From: a virus | DNA length: 64,000 nt | Virus record (IMG/VR): IMGVR_UViG_3300005253_000455 | Coordinates: 5,884 to 69,883 of that record | Strand: one strand, 5' to 3' | Shown here: positions 49,553 to 59,455 of the stretch, piece after piece | Position numbering within the stretch: position 1 is the stretch's first letter | Layout of the letters: every line of letters begins with the position of its first letter | Position numbers and translations under genes: made by a program | Notes under the pieces: generated by a model | What the model was told of the DNA's origin: nothing | What the model saw: the letters and a program-made list of their open reading frames with translations, nothing else | The model's database searches: none

Positions 49553-50656
49553 ATGTCTTTAATCCGTATAACTGAAAATGATGTAATCCCTCTCGCCTTG
49601 CAATTGGAAGATGGTGACGTAGGAAAATTTCCTCAAGCTATAGTTCGAGATGATGGTGGAAATGAACTTGGCGGCAGCCCATATGATCTTACACATAAAG
49701 GAGATGGATTTTATAGTTCAACATCTTTAGTTATGACAAGTGATCCTTTTATCAGTGCAGTTTACATAGTTTACAATGAAATTGGTCACACTACTGAAAG
49801 TGTTAGTCATTTAAGATCAAATGATATTTTTCTCTTAAACACAAGCATCGTTTGGGATGAAGTAGTTGCTGATCACCAAGGCGATGGTACTTATGGTGGT
49901 GAAGTAGCAACCAAAGCAGATATACAAGCAGCTACAAGTACTCTTGAAGTAGTTGCCGATTCAGGTACAGCCGTTCAAGGTACTGTAATTTCTGGGACTT
50001 ATGTTTCAACTGCAGTTAGAGATAATACATACTGGCAAATACAAGAGGACGCATCAAATGGTATCACAGTGGAATTTATATTCACGATGTCTGATCCTGA
50101 CTGTAAGCCTGGAGTATTTGAAGTTTTTGGTAGGTATGAAGGTGTGCCTAGTAAATCTCATTACCAAGAATTGTGGGCATGGAATGTTGAAAGTGCAGCA
50201 TGGGAGCAACTGATTGAGATATTTATGCCAGGAGGAATCACAAGTGATGCCACCTTCCAGCATGAATACTACGAACGACATATTAATAGGCCAACTCAGG
50301 AAGTTAAAATTAGAGTAATCCATAATATCACTTCTTATAATGGTACTCATAATATATACTTTGATTCAGTACGCTTAAGTTGTATAATAGTAATAACTGC
50401 CGCTGATATAGCGGATGCTGTCTGGGAAGAAGCTGCGGCAGATCATGAAATAGCAGGAACCACTGGGGCCAAGTTGAGACTGATGGAACAGATTTTAAGA
50501 AACAAAATTGTCACTGACCCAGTAACTGGAATCATGACTCTTTATGATGATGCTGGAGGGGTTCTTTTGACTGCTCAATTATATGAAGAAACTGGAACTG
50601 GTCAAGCTTATCGTGGGCAAGGAGCAGAAAGACGTGAAAGGCTTGAGGAGCCATGA
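49553..50656 (+). CDS. Putative virion structural protein
   Basis: Acidic and strand-rich; repeated VW(D/E)E..ADH...GT.G; C-terminal NKIVTD...LYDD. Confidence 0.65.
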   Translation: MSLIRITENDVIPLALQLEDGDVGKFPQAIVRDDGGNELGGSPYDLTHKGDGFYSSTSLVMTSDPFISAVYIVYNEIGHTTESVSHLRSNDIFLLNTSIVWDEVVADHQGDGTYGGEVATKADIQAATSTLEVVADSGTAVQGTVISGTYVSTAVRDNTYWQIQEDASNGITVEFIFTMSDPDCKPGVFEVFGRYEGVPSKSHYQELWAWNVESAAWEQLIEIFMPGGITSDATFQHEYYERHINRPTQEVKIRVIHNITSYNGTHNIYFDSVRLSCIIVITAADIADAVWEEAAADHEIAGTTGAKLRLMEQILRNKIVTDPVTGIMTLYDDAGGVLLTAQLYEETGTGQAYRGQGAERRERLEEP

Positions 50657-50811
50657 TAGTAACAAGAGGAATAGGAGGCCCGAGAAATGGGAGTATAGTT
50701 GCCTCAGGTTACACTATCGCGGCTTTGGCTATTATTGTTACTACTTTTAGAGATCTTATTAGATTCACTTTGAGAGTTGGTCAATCAATCAAATTTAATT
50801 TAGAAAGGTAA
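50653..50811 (+). CDS. Small putative structural protein (52 aa)
   Basis: Not in ORF track; ATGA-coupled; MIVTRGIGG...IRFTLRVGQSIKFNLER. Confidence 0.6.
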   Translation: MIVTRGIGGPRNGSIVASGYTIAALAIIVTTFRDLIRFTLRVGQSIKFNLER

Positions 50812-50814
50812 ATA

Positions 50815-51231
50815 ATGGCTAATTTTAGAATTACAGATTTAACGCGCAATCAATTAGTGCAGCAAATACAGATTGATATTGATGCAGGTGCGGGGCCGGG
50901 AACTATCAAGATTTATGATGGAGCACAACCAGCAGATGCAGATGATTCTCTTCCTTCTGGTACAACTTTATTGGCTCAACTTACATTCAATGATCCTTCT
51001 GCTCCAGGGGCAGCCGCTGGTGTACTTACTTTTAGCGCGATTACAGAAGATTCTTCAGCGGACGATACAGGTACAGCAACCTGGGCACGGATTGAGGACA
51101 GTGACGGTAATACAATTTTTGACTGCGATGTGGGAATAGCAGCAGCCACAATTATTCTGAATAGTGTGGCTATTGTGATCGGGGGACCGGTTGATATTAC
51201 TAGTTTCACTGTAACTGTTCCGGCTGGTTAA
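50815..51231 (+). CDS. Putative virion structural protein
   Basis: IKIYDG.QP, GTATWARI, DCDVG, common phage structural family. Confidence 0.7.
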   Translation: MANFRITDLTRNQLVQQIQIDIDAGAGPGTIKIYDGAQPADADDSLPSGTTLLAQLTFNDPSAPGAAAGVLTFSAITEDSSADDTGTATWARIEDSDGNTIFDCDVGIAAATIILNSVAIVIGGPVDITSFTVTVPAG

Positions 51232-51265
51232 TCTTGAATGTGCTTTTGACAGGAGAAGATGTGTA

Positions 51266-51592
51266 ATGTTTCAACTAACAATCATGACACCTGAAGGAAA
51301 GAAAGCGGACTACACTTTCTCGGAAACGAGGTTTGAGACAATCCGCAATTTCTGTAAGGCGTGCAAACAGGAATACCACGGCGGAACATATATCGGCGTT
51401 GATTTCACAGCACCTGCTCACGCTCGCGTCGAATTTGACAACGGAAAACGCTACATTGTGCCACCCGATGCGCTCGCGAAATTAACAAGTTACTTGACGA
51501 CTGTGGAAATAGCGGAATGGGAACGGTGGGGATCGAAAGAGGCCAAACTTATGTCGGTTTTTTCTGACGACATCCAGAAGGATGGCTCCTAA
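51266..51592 (+). CDS. hypothetical protein (foreign codon usage)
   Basis: AGGAG RBS; coupled to next gene. Confidence 0.65.
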   Translation: MFQLTIMTPEGKKADYTFSETRFETIRNFCKACKQEYHGGTYIGVDFTAPAHARVEFDNGKRYIVPPDALAKLTSYLTTVEIAEWERWGSKEAKLMSVFSDDIQKDGS

Positions 51593-53061
51593 TGGCTCAA
51601 CTCAGCACAGTCTACGCAGAGGAAAATACCACGCAGACACATACAGGAGACTTAAATTGGCTGACCGCACTTACTGTTCCGGGGGCCTCGTTTGAAGATT
51701 CCACGAATTATCTTATGTTGGTGCGAGCCCAGGTAACAGGCAACAACACTAGCCAGCTTTTCGGCTGGCGCACACAGATCGGAGGGGTGACGCCAAAAGG
51801 AGCGTTGCATATTCAGGAGCCAGCAAGTTCTCTTCCAACTCGCCGCTATAGTTACATTTTCTTACACAAATTCACAACGGCGGCAACTGCCGAGGACGTA
51901 ACATTTGATATTCAGAACTTCACCGATGCGACAAAAATTGTACTAGCAGATACGATTACAGTTTTTGCAATAAATCTGGACGAATTGACGGAAACGGATT
52001 GGTACTATGGCGAGGACACCACAACCGAAGATCACCCCACCATTTCAACATGGCAGGATCAGGCATCAATAACATTTACACCTGGAAACGCGTCTGACGA
52101 TTGGTTAATTTTGGCAGGGGGCGGCGTGATAGTAAATAACACCACGAAGGAATGGCGTTATCGAATAAACTTTGATTCAGACACAGAGATTGTACCTGAT
52201 CTAGCACAAGAAGGTGAAGATACAGCCGAATTAATATCATGGATGTTGGCACGGCCTTACACGTTATCCACTGCGGAACACACCTTCACTGTGCAATCAA
52301 ATGATGATAGTGATGTCGGGGATGAAAACCAACATGACATAAGCAAGATATTTGCCCTGCGTCTCAACGCATTTAAAGAGCATGCGGTATTTTGGAGCGA
52401 AGTTGAAATCCCAGGAACTCTTGGATTCAGCGAAATTGCTGATATGGTATTCACTCCAACAGATACAGGAAACGGTGTTCTCATCGGGTCAGCTGAATTT
52501 GGTACGGCAAAATTCGGCCCGGTTACTATTCGCACACAAGTTGATGATATAAGTGTGCCAGAAGGGAATGACGGCGCTTTTATTGCCGATTCATTCGATA
52601 ATTCCGACATTCTTTTTACACCAGCCTTAGCGCGTTTTCCAACTACTGCAGATGTGGAAGCGGATGTTGATGTTGATGCCGCAGTCTTTCAAGTGCCGGA
52701 ACACACCATAGTGTATCGCGGATTTGCTTCATGGTCACTTGAATTGGTGTCGGTTGGAGGCTTTACCGGCACAGGTGATGGAACTCTTGATGCTCTTATC
52801 GGAGTAGCATTTGGAACACATGGCCAAATAGGTATTGGAACTGGAGATATAGATGCTATTATTGGATCTGCTTCTGGCAACATAGGAGTTACTGGAGTTA
52901 TTACAGATTCAGAGATTATAAGATTCAATTTGAAAATGGCCCAAAATCCATCTTACATTCAAAAGGTGAATCAATCTCCCAAATCAAATTTGATGATAAG
53001 AAAGAATCTTTCTTTTGAAAGAGAAATAGGAAGAAACAATTCATTTAACTTGGAACTCTAA
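51592..53061 (+). CDS. Putative fiber/decoration protein with three internally similar beta-sandwich-like segments
   Basis: Thr/acidic-rich; recurring T.T...W/F....TFT..LIL pattern. Confidence 0.6.
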   Translation: MAQLSTVYAEENTTQTHTGDLNWLTALTVPGASFEDSTNYLMLVRAQVTGNNTSQLFGWRTQIGGVTPKGALHIQEPASSLPTRRYSYIFLHKFTTAATAEDVTFDIQNFTDATKIVLADTITVFAINLDELTETDWYYGEDTTTEDHPTISTWQDQASITFTPGNASDDWLILAGGGVIVNNTTKEWRYRINFDSDTEIVPDLAQEGEDTAELISWMLARPYTLSTAEHTFTVQSNDDSDVGDENQHDISKIFALRLNAFKEHAVFWSEVEIPGTLGFSEIADMVFTPTDTGNGVLIGSAEFGTAKFGPVTIRTQVDDISVPEGNDGAFIADSFDNSDILFTPALARFPTTADVEADVDVDAAVFQVPEHTIVYRGFASWSLELVSVGGFTGTGDGTLDALIGVAFGTHGQIGIGTGDIDAIIGSASGNIGVTGVITDSEIIRFNLKMAQNPSYIQKVNQSPKSNLMIRKNLSFEREIGRNNSFNLEL

Positions 53062-53062
53062 A

Positions 53063-53383
53063 ATGCATGATGAAATACACCAGAATGATATTGGAACTAA
53101 GTTCACAGTTTTCTTAGTAGATGAAAATCAAACACCTCCAGAAGTTGATTTAGAGGGAGCAACAATTCTTGAGATTCGGTTCAAGAAACCTGGTGGAGCA
53201 GTAGTCGTTCAGACAGCTTCGATTCCTTCTGCTTCTGGAACAGTAGATGGAGAGATTGAATACATCACAGTAGATGGAGATTTAGATGAAGTTGGCATGT
53301 GGAAGATAAGAGGAAGAGTGGTTCTTCCAACAGGAACATGGACTTCTTCTGAGGATACATTTAAAGTGAATGCGATTTTCTAA
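53063..53383 (+). CDS. BppU N-terminal-like structural protein
   Basis: NDIGT, VDL.GAT, KPGG, DGEIEY...GDLDEVG.W. Confidence 0.7.
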   Translation: MHDEIHQNDIGTKFTVFLVDENQTPPEVDLEGATILEIRFKKPGGAVVVQTASIPSASGTVDGEIEYITVDGDLDEVGMWKIRGRVVLPTGTWTSSEDTFKVNAIF

Positions 53384-53405
53384 CTTAAGATTTAAAGGGT
53401 GAACG

Positions 53406-53741
53406 ATGAGTTTTTTGACCAAAAATCTTAGACAGAAAGTAACTCTTTGGAGGCAGGCTGCAGCCAAAGATGATTATGGGAACTTGACTTATTCTACTCC
53501 CATAGTGATAAAAGGAAGGTGGGAAGAACGAGCAGTTCTAAGAAAGGATTTAGATGGCCGAGAGATAGTTGCAAATGCAATGGTTTTCTTAGCTATTGAT
53601 GTAAAGAAAGGGGATTATTTATTTCTTGGGATTGATACAACTGCTTCTCCTGTGACTGTAGATGGGGCGAATGAAGTTCAAGATTTCAAGAAAACTCCTT
53701 CTTTAAATGGAAGAAGGTTCGAGCGAGTTGCGATTCTTTAG
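53406..53741 (+). CDS. Head closure/stopper protein
   Basis: LRQKVTLW, DDYGN, GRWE; neck position. Confidence 0.7.
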   Translation: MSFLTKNLRQKVTLWRQAAAKDDYGNLTYSTPIVIKGRWEERAVLRKDLDGREIVANAMVFLAIDVKKGDYLFLGIDTTASPVTVDGANEVQDFKKTPSLNGRRFERVAIL

Positions 53742-53758
53742 TTCAACTGAGAGGAACA

Positions 53759-54238
53759 ATGCCAGGTAAAGTTAACAAATCATCTCGAGCATTTCGAATA
53801 AGTAAACAACATCTTGATCGAGATTTGAAGAATATAGAATTCAATTTCAAAAGAGAACTTGCTGGCATTGAGATGGGTGTGAATCGAGGAGTTGAGATTG
53901 CAGCTTTGAAATTGCTCAATCGAGCTCTTGAATTGACCCCCATAGATACAGGTGCTTTGCGTGCAAGTGGATTTATTGAGAGTCTTAGTGCAGCTGCTAA
54001 TCCAGCGAAACCAGATGGAATCAATCCATTTATGATGGTTGGTTTTGATAGAAATAATGAGGCTCCACATGCAGTCTTTGTTCATGAGAGAGTTGATCAA
54101 AATCATAAAAGCCCGACTCAGGCAAAATTCTTGACGACTGCAATTAATGAAATGATACCTCAACTTATTGCAATTCTCAGGAAACATGCAGGAATTAAAA
54201 AAGGTGGAAGAACTGCACGCAAAGGAAAGGTTAGATAA
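53759..54238 (+). CDS. HK97 gp10-like tail completion protein
   Basis: TPIDTGALRAS, AVFVHE, QAKFL. Confidence 0.8.
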   Translation: MPGKVNKSSRAFRISKQHLDRDLKNIEFNFKRELAGIEMGVNRGVEIAALKLLNRALELTPIDTGALRASGFIESLSAAANPAKPDGINPFMMVGFDRNNEAPHAVFVHERVDQNHKSPTQAKFLTTAINEMIPQLIAILRKHAGIKKGGRTARKGKVR

Positions 54239-54240
54239 AC

Positions 54241-54660
54241 ATGGCACTTAATCCTCCATCATTTGATATAGCTGCCTTCTTAGAAGCTCAAGGGGCTGGA
54301 ACTGTTGGAACAGATATTTTTGTTGGGATGGAACCTTCAGAACCTGATGCAACCATCACAGTTTATGATACTGGAGGGATTGCCCCAAATCCTAAGTTCT
54401 TAAGAGACGAGCCACAGGTTCAAGTCAGAGTTCGTGGAGCAGTGAATGACTATCAAAACGCATGGATAAAAGCACAAGAAATAAAAGATATTCTTCTTGG
54501 GGCTCAACCACAAATCTTAAATGGAACTGACTATGTTCTGTTTGTTCAGATAGGAGAAATGATAGCTCTTGGAAGGGATGAAAACAACCGTCCACTGATT
54601 GTAAGTAATTGGCAATTGGTTAGGGAAATGGCTTCTGGCGGGAATAGAGAAGCCTTCTAG
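54241..54660 (+). CDS. Tail terminator (minor capsid protein family)
   Basis: VYDTGG, VQVRVRG, LGRDENNR. Confidence 0.8.
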   Translation: MALNPPSFDIAAFLEAQGAGTVGTDIFVGMEPSEPDATITVYDTGGIAPNPKFLRDEPQVQVRVRGAVNDYQNAWIKAQEIKDILLGAQPQILNGTDYVLFVQIGEMIALGRDENNRPLIVSNWQLVREMASGGNREAF

Positions 54661-54699
54661 ATTGAAACAGAAAAGAAACTCTAATGGAGAGAAAAAAGA

Positions 54700-55758
54700 A
54701 TGGCTGCAAAAACTGTAAAAGTTGCGCTGACTGCAAGTGGTTCAAGCTTCAATACTTTGCCCGGGAATACGGCGGATTTGAACAGAGAAGGTAATCAGAT
54801 AGATGATACCATCTTTGGTCAGATTTTCCAATCAAATCAACCTGGGTTGATAAATTGGGGCATAACCGCAAATGCTCTTTATAAAGGGTTTGCTGGTTAT
54901 GTTGCGACTCTGAAGAAACAAGGGACTTCGACTAGTTTCACTGGTGAGGCTATGACAAATGTTTCTGGGAATCTTTATAAGATGACTGATGCCACAAAGA
55001 ATCTTTGGGATAGAGGCGTGGCATTGGTTTTCCATGATGGTGATTCTGGAGAGCCTGTTATTCCAGCAGGGAATGTTAAAACCATTAATCATCTTCTTGG
55101 CCAAGTAGAATTTTTGGCTTCTGAATCTGAGCCAATCACAGTAGATGGAAGCTATCTTCCGCTTGCTGCTTTTGGTAAGGCCAATTCATTCAACTTGACA
55201 CAGACTGCTGATACGATTGATAAAACTGCGTTTGAAGATGCCCAAGCCAATTCTGGCTTTAATATCTTCGAGCAGACTTTGCTGACTGTCAATCTAGAAC
55301 TCAGTGGTTTCTACCAAGTCTCAAATGCTTTTCAGCAACTTTTGATTGATCGAGCTGAGATTGTGATCGAGATTAATCCTGATGGGAATGATCTTTCTTT
55401 CTGTCGGGGTTTCTTCAAAGCTGTCACTGATAATCAAACTGGTGATGTGGCAGGTAGTGAGACAGAGACAATCACTTTCGTGTTGAACGTGCCTGAAGGT
55501 CTTGGGCTTGGAACGGTTGAAGCTGCTCCATTCATTTGGAACCATGAAGTTGGTTCAACTCTTAGCCAAGCTATTCAAGATCTGTTAACCGTCTGGCAGA
55601 CGCAAGCAGAAGTTCAAGTTCAGTATTTAGTTGATGGAACTAATGGTTTTGATGGCCTTGCTAATGTGACAGATATTAGTTTGGCTGGTGGAATCGAAGT
55701 GATGAATGAATTTTCAGTTTCTTTGCAAGGAACTGGTAAAGTTACTTCTTTCCCGTAA
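54700..55758 (+). CDS. Tail tube (major tail) protein
   Basis: Position after terminator; strand-rich; ends FSVSLQGTG. Confidence 0.75.
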   Translation: MAAKTVKVALTASGSSFNTLPGNTADLNREGNQIDDTIFGQIFQSNQPGLINWGITANALYKGFAGYVATLKKQGTSTSFTGEAMTNVSGNLYKMTDATKNLWDRGVALVFHDGDSGEPVIPAGNVKTINHLLGQVEFLASESEPITVDGSYLPLAAFGKANSFNLTQTADTIDKTAFEDAQANSGFNIFEQTLLTVNLELSGFYQVSNAFQQLLIDRAEIVIEINPDGNDLSFCRGFFKAVTDNQTGDVAGSETETITFVLNVPEGLGLGTVEAAPFIWNHEVGSTLSQAIQDLLTVWQTQAEVQVQYLVDGTNGFDGLANVTDISLAGGIEVMNEFSVSLQGTGKVTSFP

Positions 55759-55821
55759 TCTGATTTAGGTTAGAAGTTTGAAAACCTAAAAAAGCTGGAA
55801 ATCTAACTAGGGAGTTTTCTC

Positions 55822-56223
55822 ATGAGTAGTGAAGAAAGAAATAAAATCAGGGCAAAAACGGTTGGCTCGAATAAGGTATTCAAATCTAAAATTGTGAAAT
55901 TTGATGGTTTGGATATTGAGATTCGAGAACCTTCAGTCAAGGTTTGGGGCCAGATCCTAAAGGCTGTTATGACTATGGAGCCTGATGGAGGAACTGGTAA
56001 AATGGAGATGGATAAGTATTTGATCTGGAGTGTTATCCATTGTGCTTTTGTTCCTCAAACAGATGAGAAGGTGTATGAAGAAGAAGATTATGCCTCTCTT
56101 GAAGGTTGCCCGAGAAGTGGTTTTGTTGGGGAATTTTCAGAAATAGCAATGGATATGATGAACTCTGATCAAGAGGCAACCGAAAAAAACTCCAACGAGA
56201 CAGCTATAGACAATCTGTCTTAG
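55822..56223 (+). CDS. Tail assembly chaperone (gpG-like)
   Basis: Between tail tube and TMP; ends near EKN. Confidence 0.8.
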   Translation: MSSEERNKIRAKTVGSNKVFKSKIVKFDGLDIEIREPSVKVWGQILKAVMTMEPDGGTGKMEMDKYLIWSVIHCAFVPQTDEKVYEEEDYASLEGCPRSGFVGEFSEIAMDMMNSDQEATEKNSNETAIDNLS

Positions 56224-56381
56224 CTGTCGCTGAAAAGATTGGAAAGTTTGCTTGGGAGGTTGAGGAAGAAATGTCACTTAGTGAGTTTGCTGATTGGTTA
56301 GCCTTCTTCAACATTCGGTATAAAGAAGAGATGAGACGAGCGAATAGGCCCGTTTCAAGTCATAAGCGCGGAAGGAGATAA
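56184..56381 (+). CDS. gpT-like extension reached by -1 frameshift at A AAA AAC
   Basis: -1 frame open KLQRDSYRQ...MSLSEFADWLAFF...RR to TAA at 56381. Confidence 0.8.
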   Translation, partial: KKLQRDSYRQSVLAVAEKIGKFAWEVEEEMSLSEFADWLAFFNIRYKEEMRRANRPVSSHKRGRR

Positions 56382-56383
56382 CT

Positions 56384-59300
56384 GTGGCAAAAGGTGTGCC
56401 TAGAGGAAGTCTTGGAAGTCTGAGTGTAGCAGTTGGTGCTAATACTGAGGGACTTACTGAGGTTGTTGGTGAGTTGCGAAAGGTAGCAACTGCTATTCGC
56501 AGTCTTTCAACTCGTGTTAGTAATCAAAGTAAAAAGATGGAAGCTGCCTTTGGGAAGGCTGCAAAGGCTTCTAAGAATCTTTCTACTCAAACTAACAAAG
56601 CTACTAATTCTGCGAAAAGACAAGAGTCTGCTCTTCTAAAAGAATCAAAAGCTCTTGCTGCTGCTGAGAATAAAACGCTTAATTTAGTGGCAGCAATGCG
56701 ACGGGCTGGTGCTTCTAGTTCTGAGATTAGAAGGCTTGGAGAAGCAACACGGCAATTCAGGAGACAAATAAAAGCAGCTCGTGGTAATACAGTAGCATTT
56801 TCAGCGGCTCAGGCTAGATTGGCAAAAACGAGTAATGATGCGAGAAGAAGGCTTACAACTTTCAATTCAGCTGTTAGAAAACAAGAACTGACAAAAGCAG
56901 CTACAGAGACTAAATTGTTTAGGAATAAGATGCAAGATCTTACTAAATCTGTGACTCTTGCTCTTGGGCCTTTGTCTGGGGTGGCCTCCCGTCTCACAGC
57001 ATTTGCGGGGTTGGCCAATAAAAACACTGTTGCAATTGCAGGGATGATCGGAGCAGTTATTGGGCTTGGGTTTGTAATCAAGAAAGCAATTACAGCAGGC
57101 TCAGTCTTTGAAGTTCAGTTTAGAAGGATAGAAGCTCAATTAGAAATTACTGGTCGATCAGCAGAATTCTCAGCAGCAGAAATTAATAAGTTTGCAGAAG
57201 AAGTAGCGGATGCTACACTCACTAATGCTAAAACTGCAAGGCAAGCATCATCTGCACTTTTATTCTTTGGACAAGTCTCAAAAGAAAATTTCAAAACTGT
57301 TCTAAATCTTGCGCAAAGTTTATCTACAGTTCTCGGTGGAGATTTGGTACAATCAGCTAAAAGAATCGGTCGGGCCTTGGAAGACCCAGGAGAGGGTCTA
57401 AGTTCATTGAATAGGCAGCTTGCTCTACTTACACCAAGAGAGGAAGAAGTTGCCAAAGGCTTGGCCGCGATGGGGGAAGAGGCTAGAGCGACAAGATTCA
57501 TTTTAGAAAAATTAGGTAAAAAACTTGGTGATCTTGGAGTCAAAGAAGCCGCAGGGGTTGCTGGAGCCTTTGATACCCTTGTTGAGAGAATTGGAAGATT
57601 CCTTGAAATTGCAGGAGAAGCTGGTGGGATTCTTCAACCAATTACTGAGAGTTTTGGGAGAATGAGTAAACAGTTGGAAAAGGTTAATAAGGGTCTAAAA
57701 GGTATGCCTTTAGGATTGAGGGTTGTTGGTCAAATCATCAAAGCAGTTACAAAAACTTTTGAGGTGTTCATCTTCAATTTAGATATTATTACATCAACTA
57801 TTGGAATTCTTCTTGTTATTAAATTGATTGTGAAGCTTGTTGCAGCTATGAAAGTTTTGATTGTCACTGTTACCCTTGCTACTGCGGGTATGAAGGCATT
57901 GGCTATAGTATCTGCAATAGCTAATCCTTGGCTTATACTAGCTGCAGCGGTTGGTGCTGTTGCAATTAAGATGAAGTTTTTCAATGATGAAGTTGATAGA
58001 ACATCAGCTAGTGGTTTAGAAGCGGAAATCAAAAGAGTTAAAAGAGAGTTAAAAGGACTTGAAGATAGTTTTCTGAAAATTAAAACTGGATTAGTCCTTG
58101 GTGGAAAATTCATAGATACTTCTCCTTTAGCAAATAAAATACAAAAAATTAGAATGGAGTTAAAAGAATTAGAAGATGTAGCTGCTAAATTGGCAATAGA
58201 AAGAGGTTTTTCTGTTGAGAAGTTTAATGCTTTTTCTCCAGGTGAAGAAGATGCTCTCTCACCAAAAGTTCAAAATGCTTTAAGAGATATGAACAATGAA
58301 CTTCTTCTTCTTGGCCCGAATGTAACAGCTACACAGGAGAAGATGATTAAACTCGCGATAGCTTTTGGTGGTGCGGCAGCTAAAGTGGAAGTTTTTGTAA
58401 AAGATGGTGTTACATCTTTCAGGATTTTGAAGGGAACTTATGCAAAATTGGGTGAGGATATTCTATCAATCTCAGAAGAACTTGCTGTTGGATTAAAGAA
58501 AACAGCTAATGCCACATTCCTTCAAAAGAAACAAACAGATCTTTTAAGTTCTGCTTTAGGAAGAATTGAAAAAGAAACTGGATTTGGCAGATTAAATGCA
58601 GAACTTGAATCTGTTAGAGCAGCACAAAAGTTACAGAGGGGTTCTTCACTTGAAGCTGCTGAGGCTATTGAGGCTCTTAATGTAGCTTTGACAAATCTAG
58701 CGAATGATGCTGCTTCTAGGCAAATAGCTGCTGACGTTAAAATCTTTACACAGAAGTTCAAGGAAGCCAATCAAGCAATTGAGGAATCTGCAGATGTTTG
58801 GGGAGGAACTAATGCTGCTCTTAGAGCTTACAGGGAAGAATTGGCCCGGCTTGAACAATTGAGGGATGAAGGATTCATAGGCCAAGAAACTTTCACTAAT
58901 AGATTGCGAAAGATGCAGATGCAATTAGCTCAGAATACAGAGGCGGCACAACAATTTGCATCCACAGTTTCTAGTGGAATGGCTGCGGGGATTGTAGCAG
59001 GAGAAAGTTTGAATGATGTTCTTGCAAGGATTGGGGATAGATTGATGGAAGCTGCTTTGCAAGCTTTGATCTTCAAAGGGATAATGCAAACTATTGGGAT
59101 GATAGCTGGAAGTGGTTCAATTAGTCAAGGGGGGCCTAGTAGTGATATAAGTTCTGCACCTGGAGATTTTCCCACTGTTGATCTTGGGCCTGCGGGGCCT
59201 TCAACTCTATCAACTGGCTTAAGTCGTCCACCTTCTTCCTCAAGTCTTTCTAGAGGCTCATCCAACAACACAATCATAAATATAGATGCAAGAGCCTCTG

Positions 59301-59404
59301 ATCCAGGAGTCGAACAAAGAGTTCTCCGTGCCATGTCCATCGCGAATAGACAGCAAAGTGCACGAATTGCGAACACAAGATTTGAAGGAAGTCGTCGCCG
59401 TTAG
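56384..59404 (+). CDS. Tape measure protein
   Basis: 1006 aa, Ala-rich helical, hydrophobic segments, GRALEDP motif. Confidence 0.92.
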   Translation: MAKGVPRGSLGSLSVAVGANTEGLTEVVGELRKVATAIRSLSTRVSNQSKKMEAAFGKAAKASKNLSTQTNKATNSAKRQESALLKESKALAAAENKTLNLVAAMRRAGASSSEIRRLGEATRQFRRQIKAARGNTVAFSAAQARLAKTSNDARRRLTTFNSAVRKQELTKAATETKLFRNKMQDLTKSVTLALGPLSGVASRLTAFAGLANKNTVAIAGMIGAVIGLGFVIKKAITAGSVFEVQFRRIEAQLEITGRSAEFSAAEINKFAEEVADATLTNAKTARQASSALLFFGQVSKENFKTVLNLAQSLSTVLGGDLVQSAKRIGRALEDPGEGLSSLNRQLALLTPREEEVAKGLAAMGEEARATRFILEKLGKKLGDLGVKEAAGVAGAFDTLVERIGRFLEIAGEAGGILQPITESFGRMSKQLEKVNKGLKGMPLGLRVVGQIIKAVTKTFEVFIFNLDIITSTIGILLVIKLIVKLVAAMKVLIVTVTLATAGMKALAIVSAIANPWLILAAAVGAVAIKMKFFNDEVDRTSASGLEAEIKRVKRELKGLEDSFLKIKTGLVLGGKFIDTSPLANKIQKIRMELKELEDVAAKLAIERGFSVEKFNAFSPGEEDALSPKVQNALRDMNNELLLLGPNVTATQEKMIKLAIAFGGAAAKVEVFVKDGVTSFRILKGTYAKLGEDILSISEELAVGLKKTANATFLQKKQTDLLSSALGRIEKETGFGRLNAELESVRAAQKLQRGSSLEAAEAIEALNVALTNLANDAASRQIAADVKIFTQKFKEANQAIEESADVWGGTNAALRAYREELARLEQLRDEGFIGQETFTNRLRKMQMQLAQNTEAAQQFASTVSSGMAAGIVAGESLNDVLARIGDRLMEAALQALIFKGIMQTIGMIAGSGSISQGGPSSDISSAPGDFPTVDLGPAGPSTLSTGLSRPPSSSSLSRGSSNNTIINIDARASDPGVEQRVLRAMSIANRQQSARIANTRFEGSRRR

Positions 59405-59455
59405 AAGTTTCAATTGAAAATGAACTAGGCGTTCAGAAAATGAAAGGAAGTTTAA

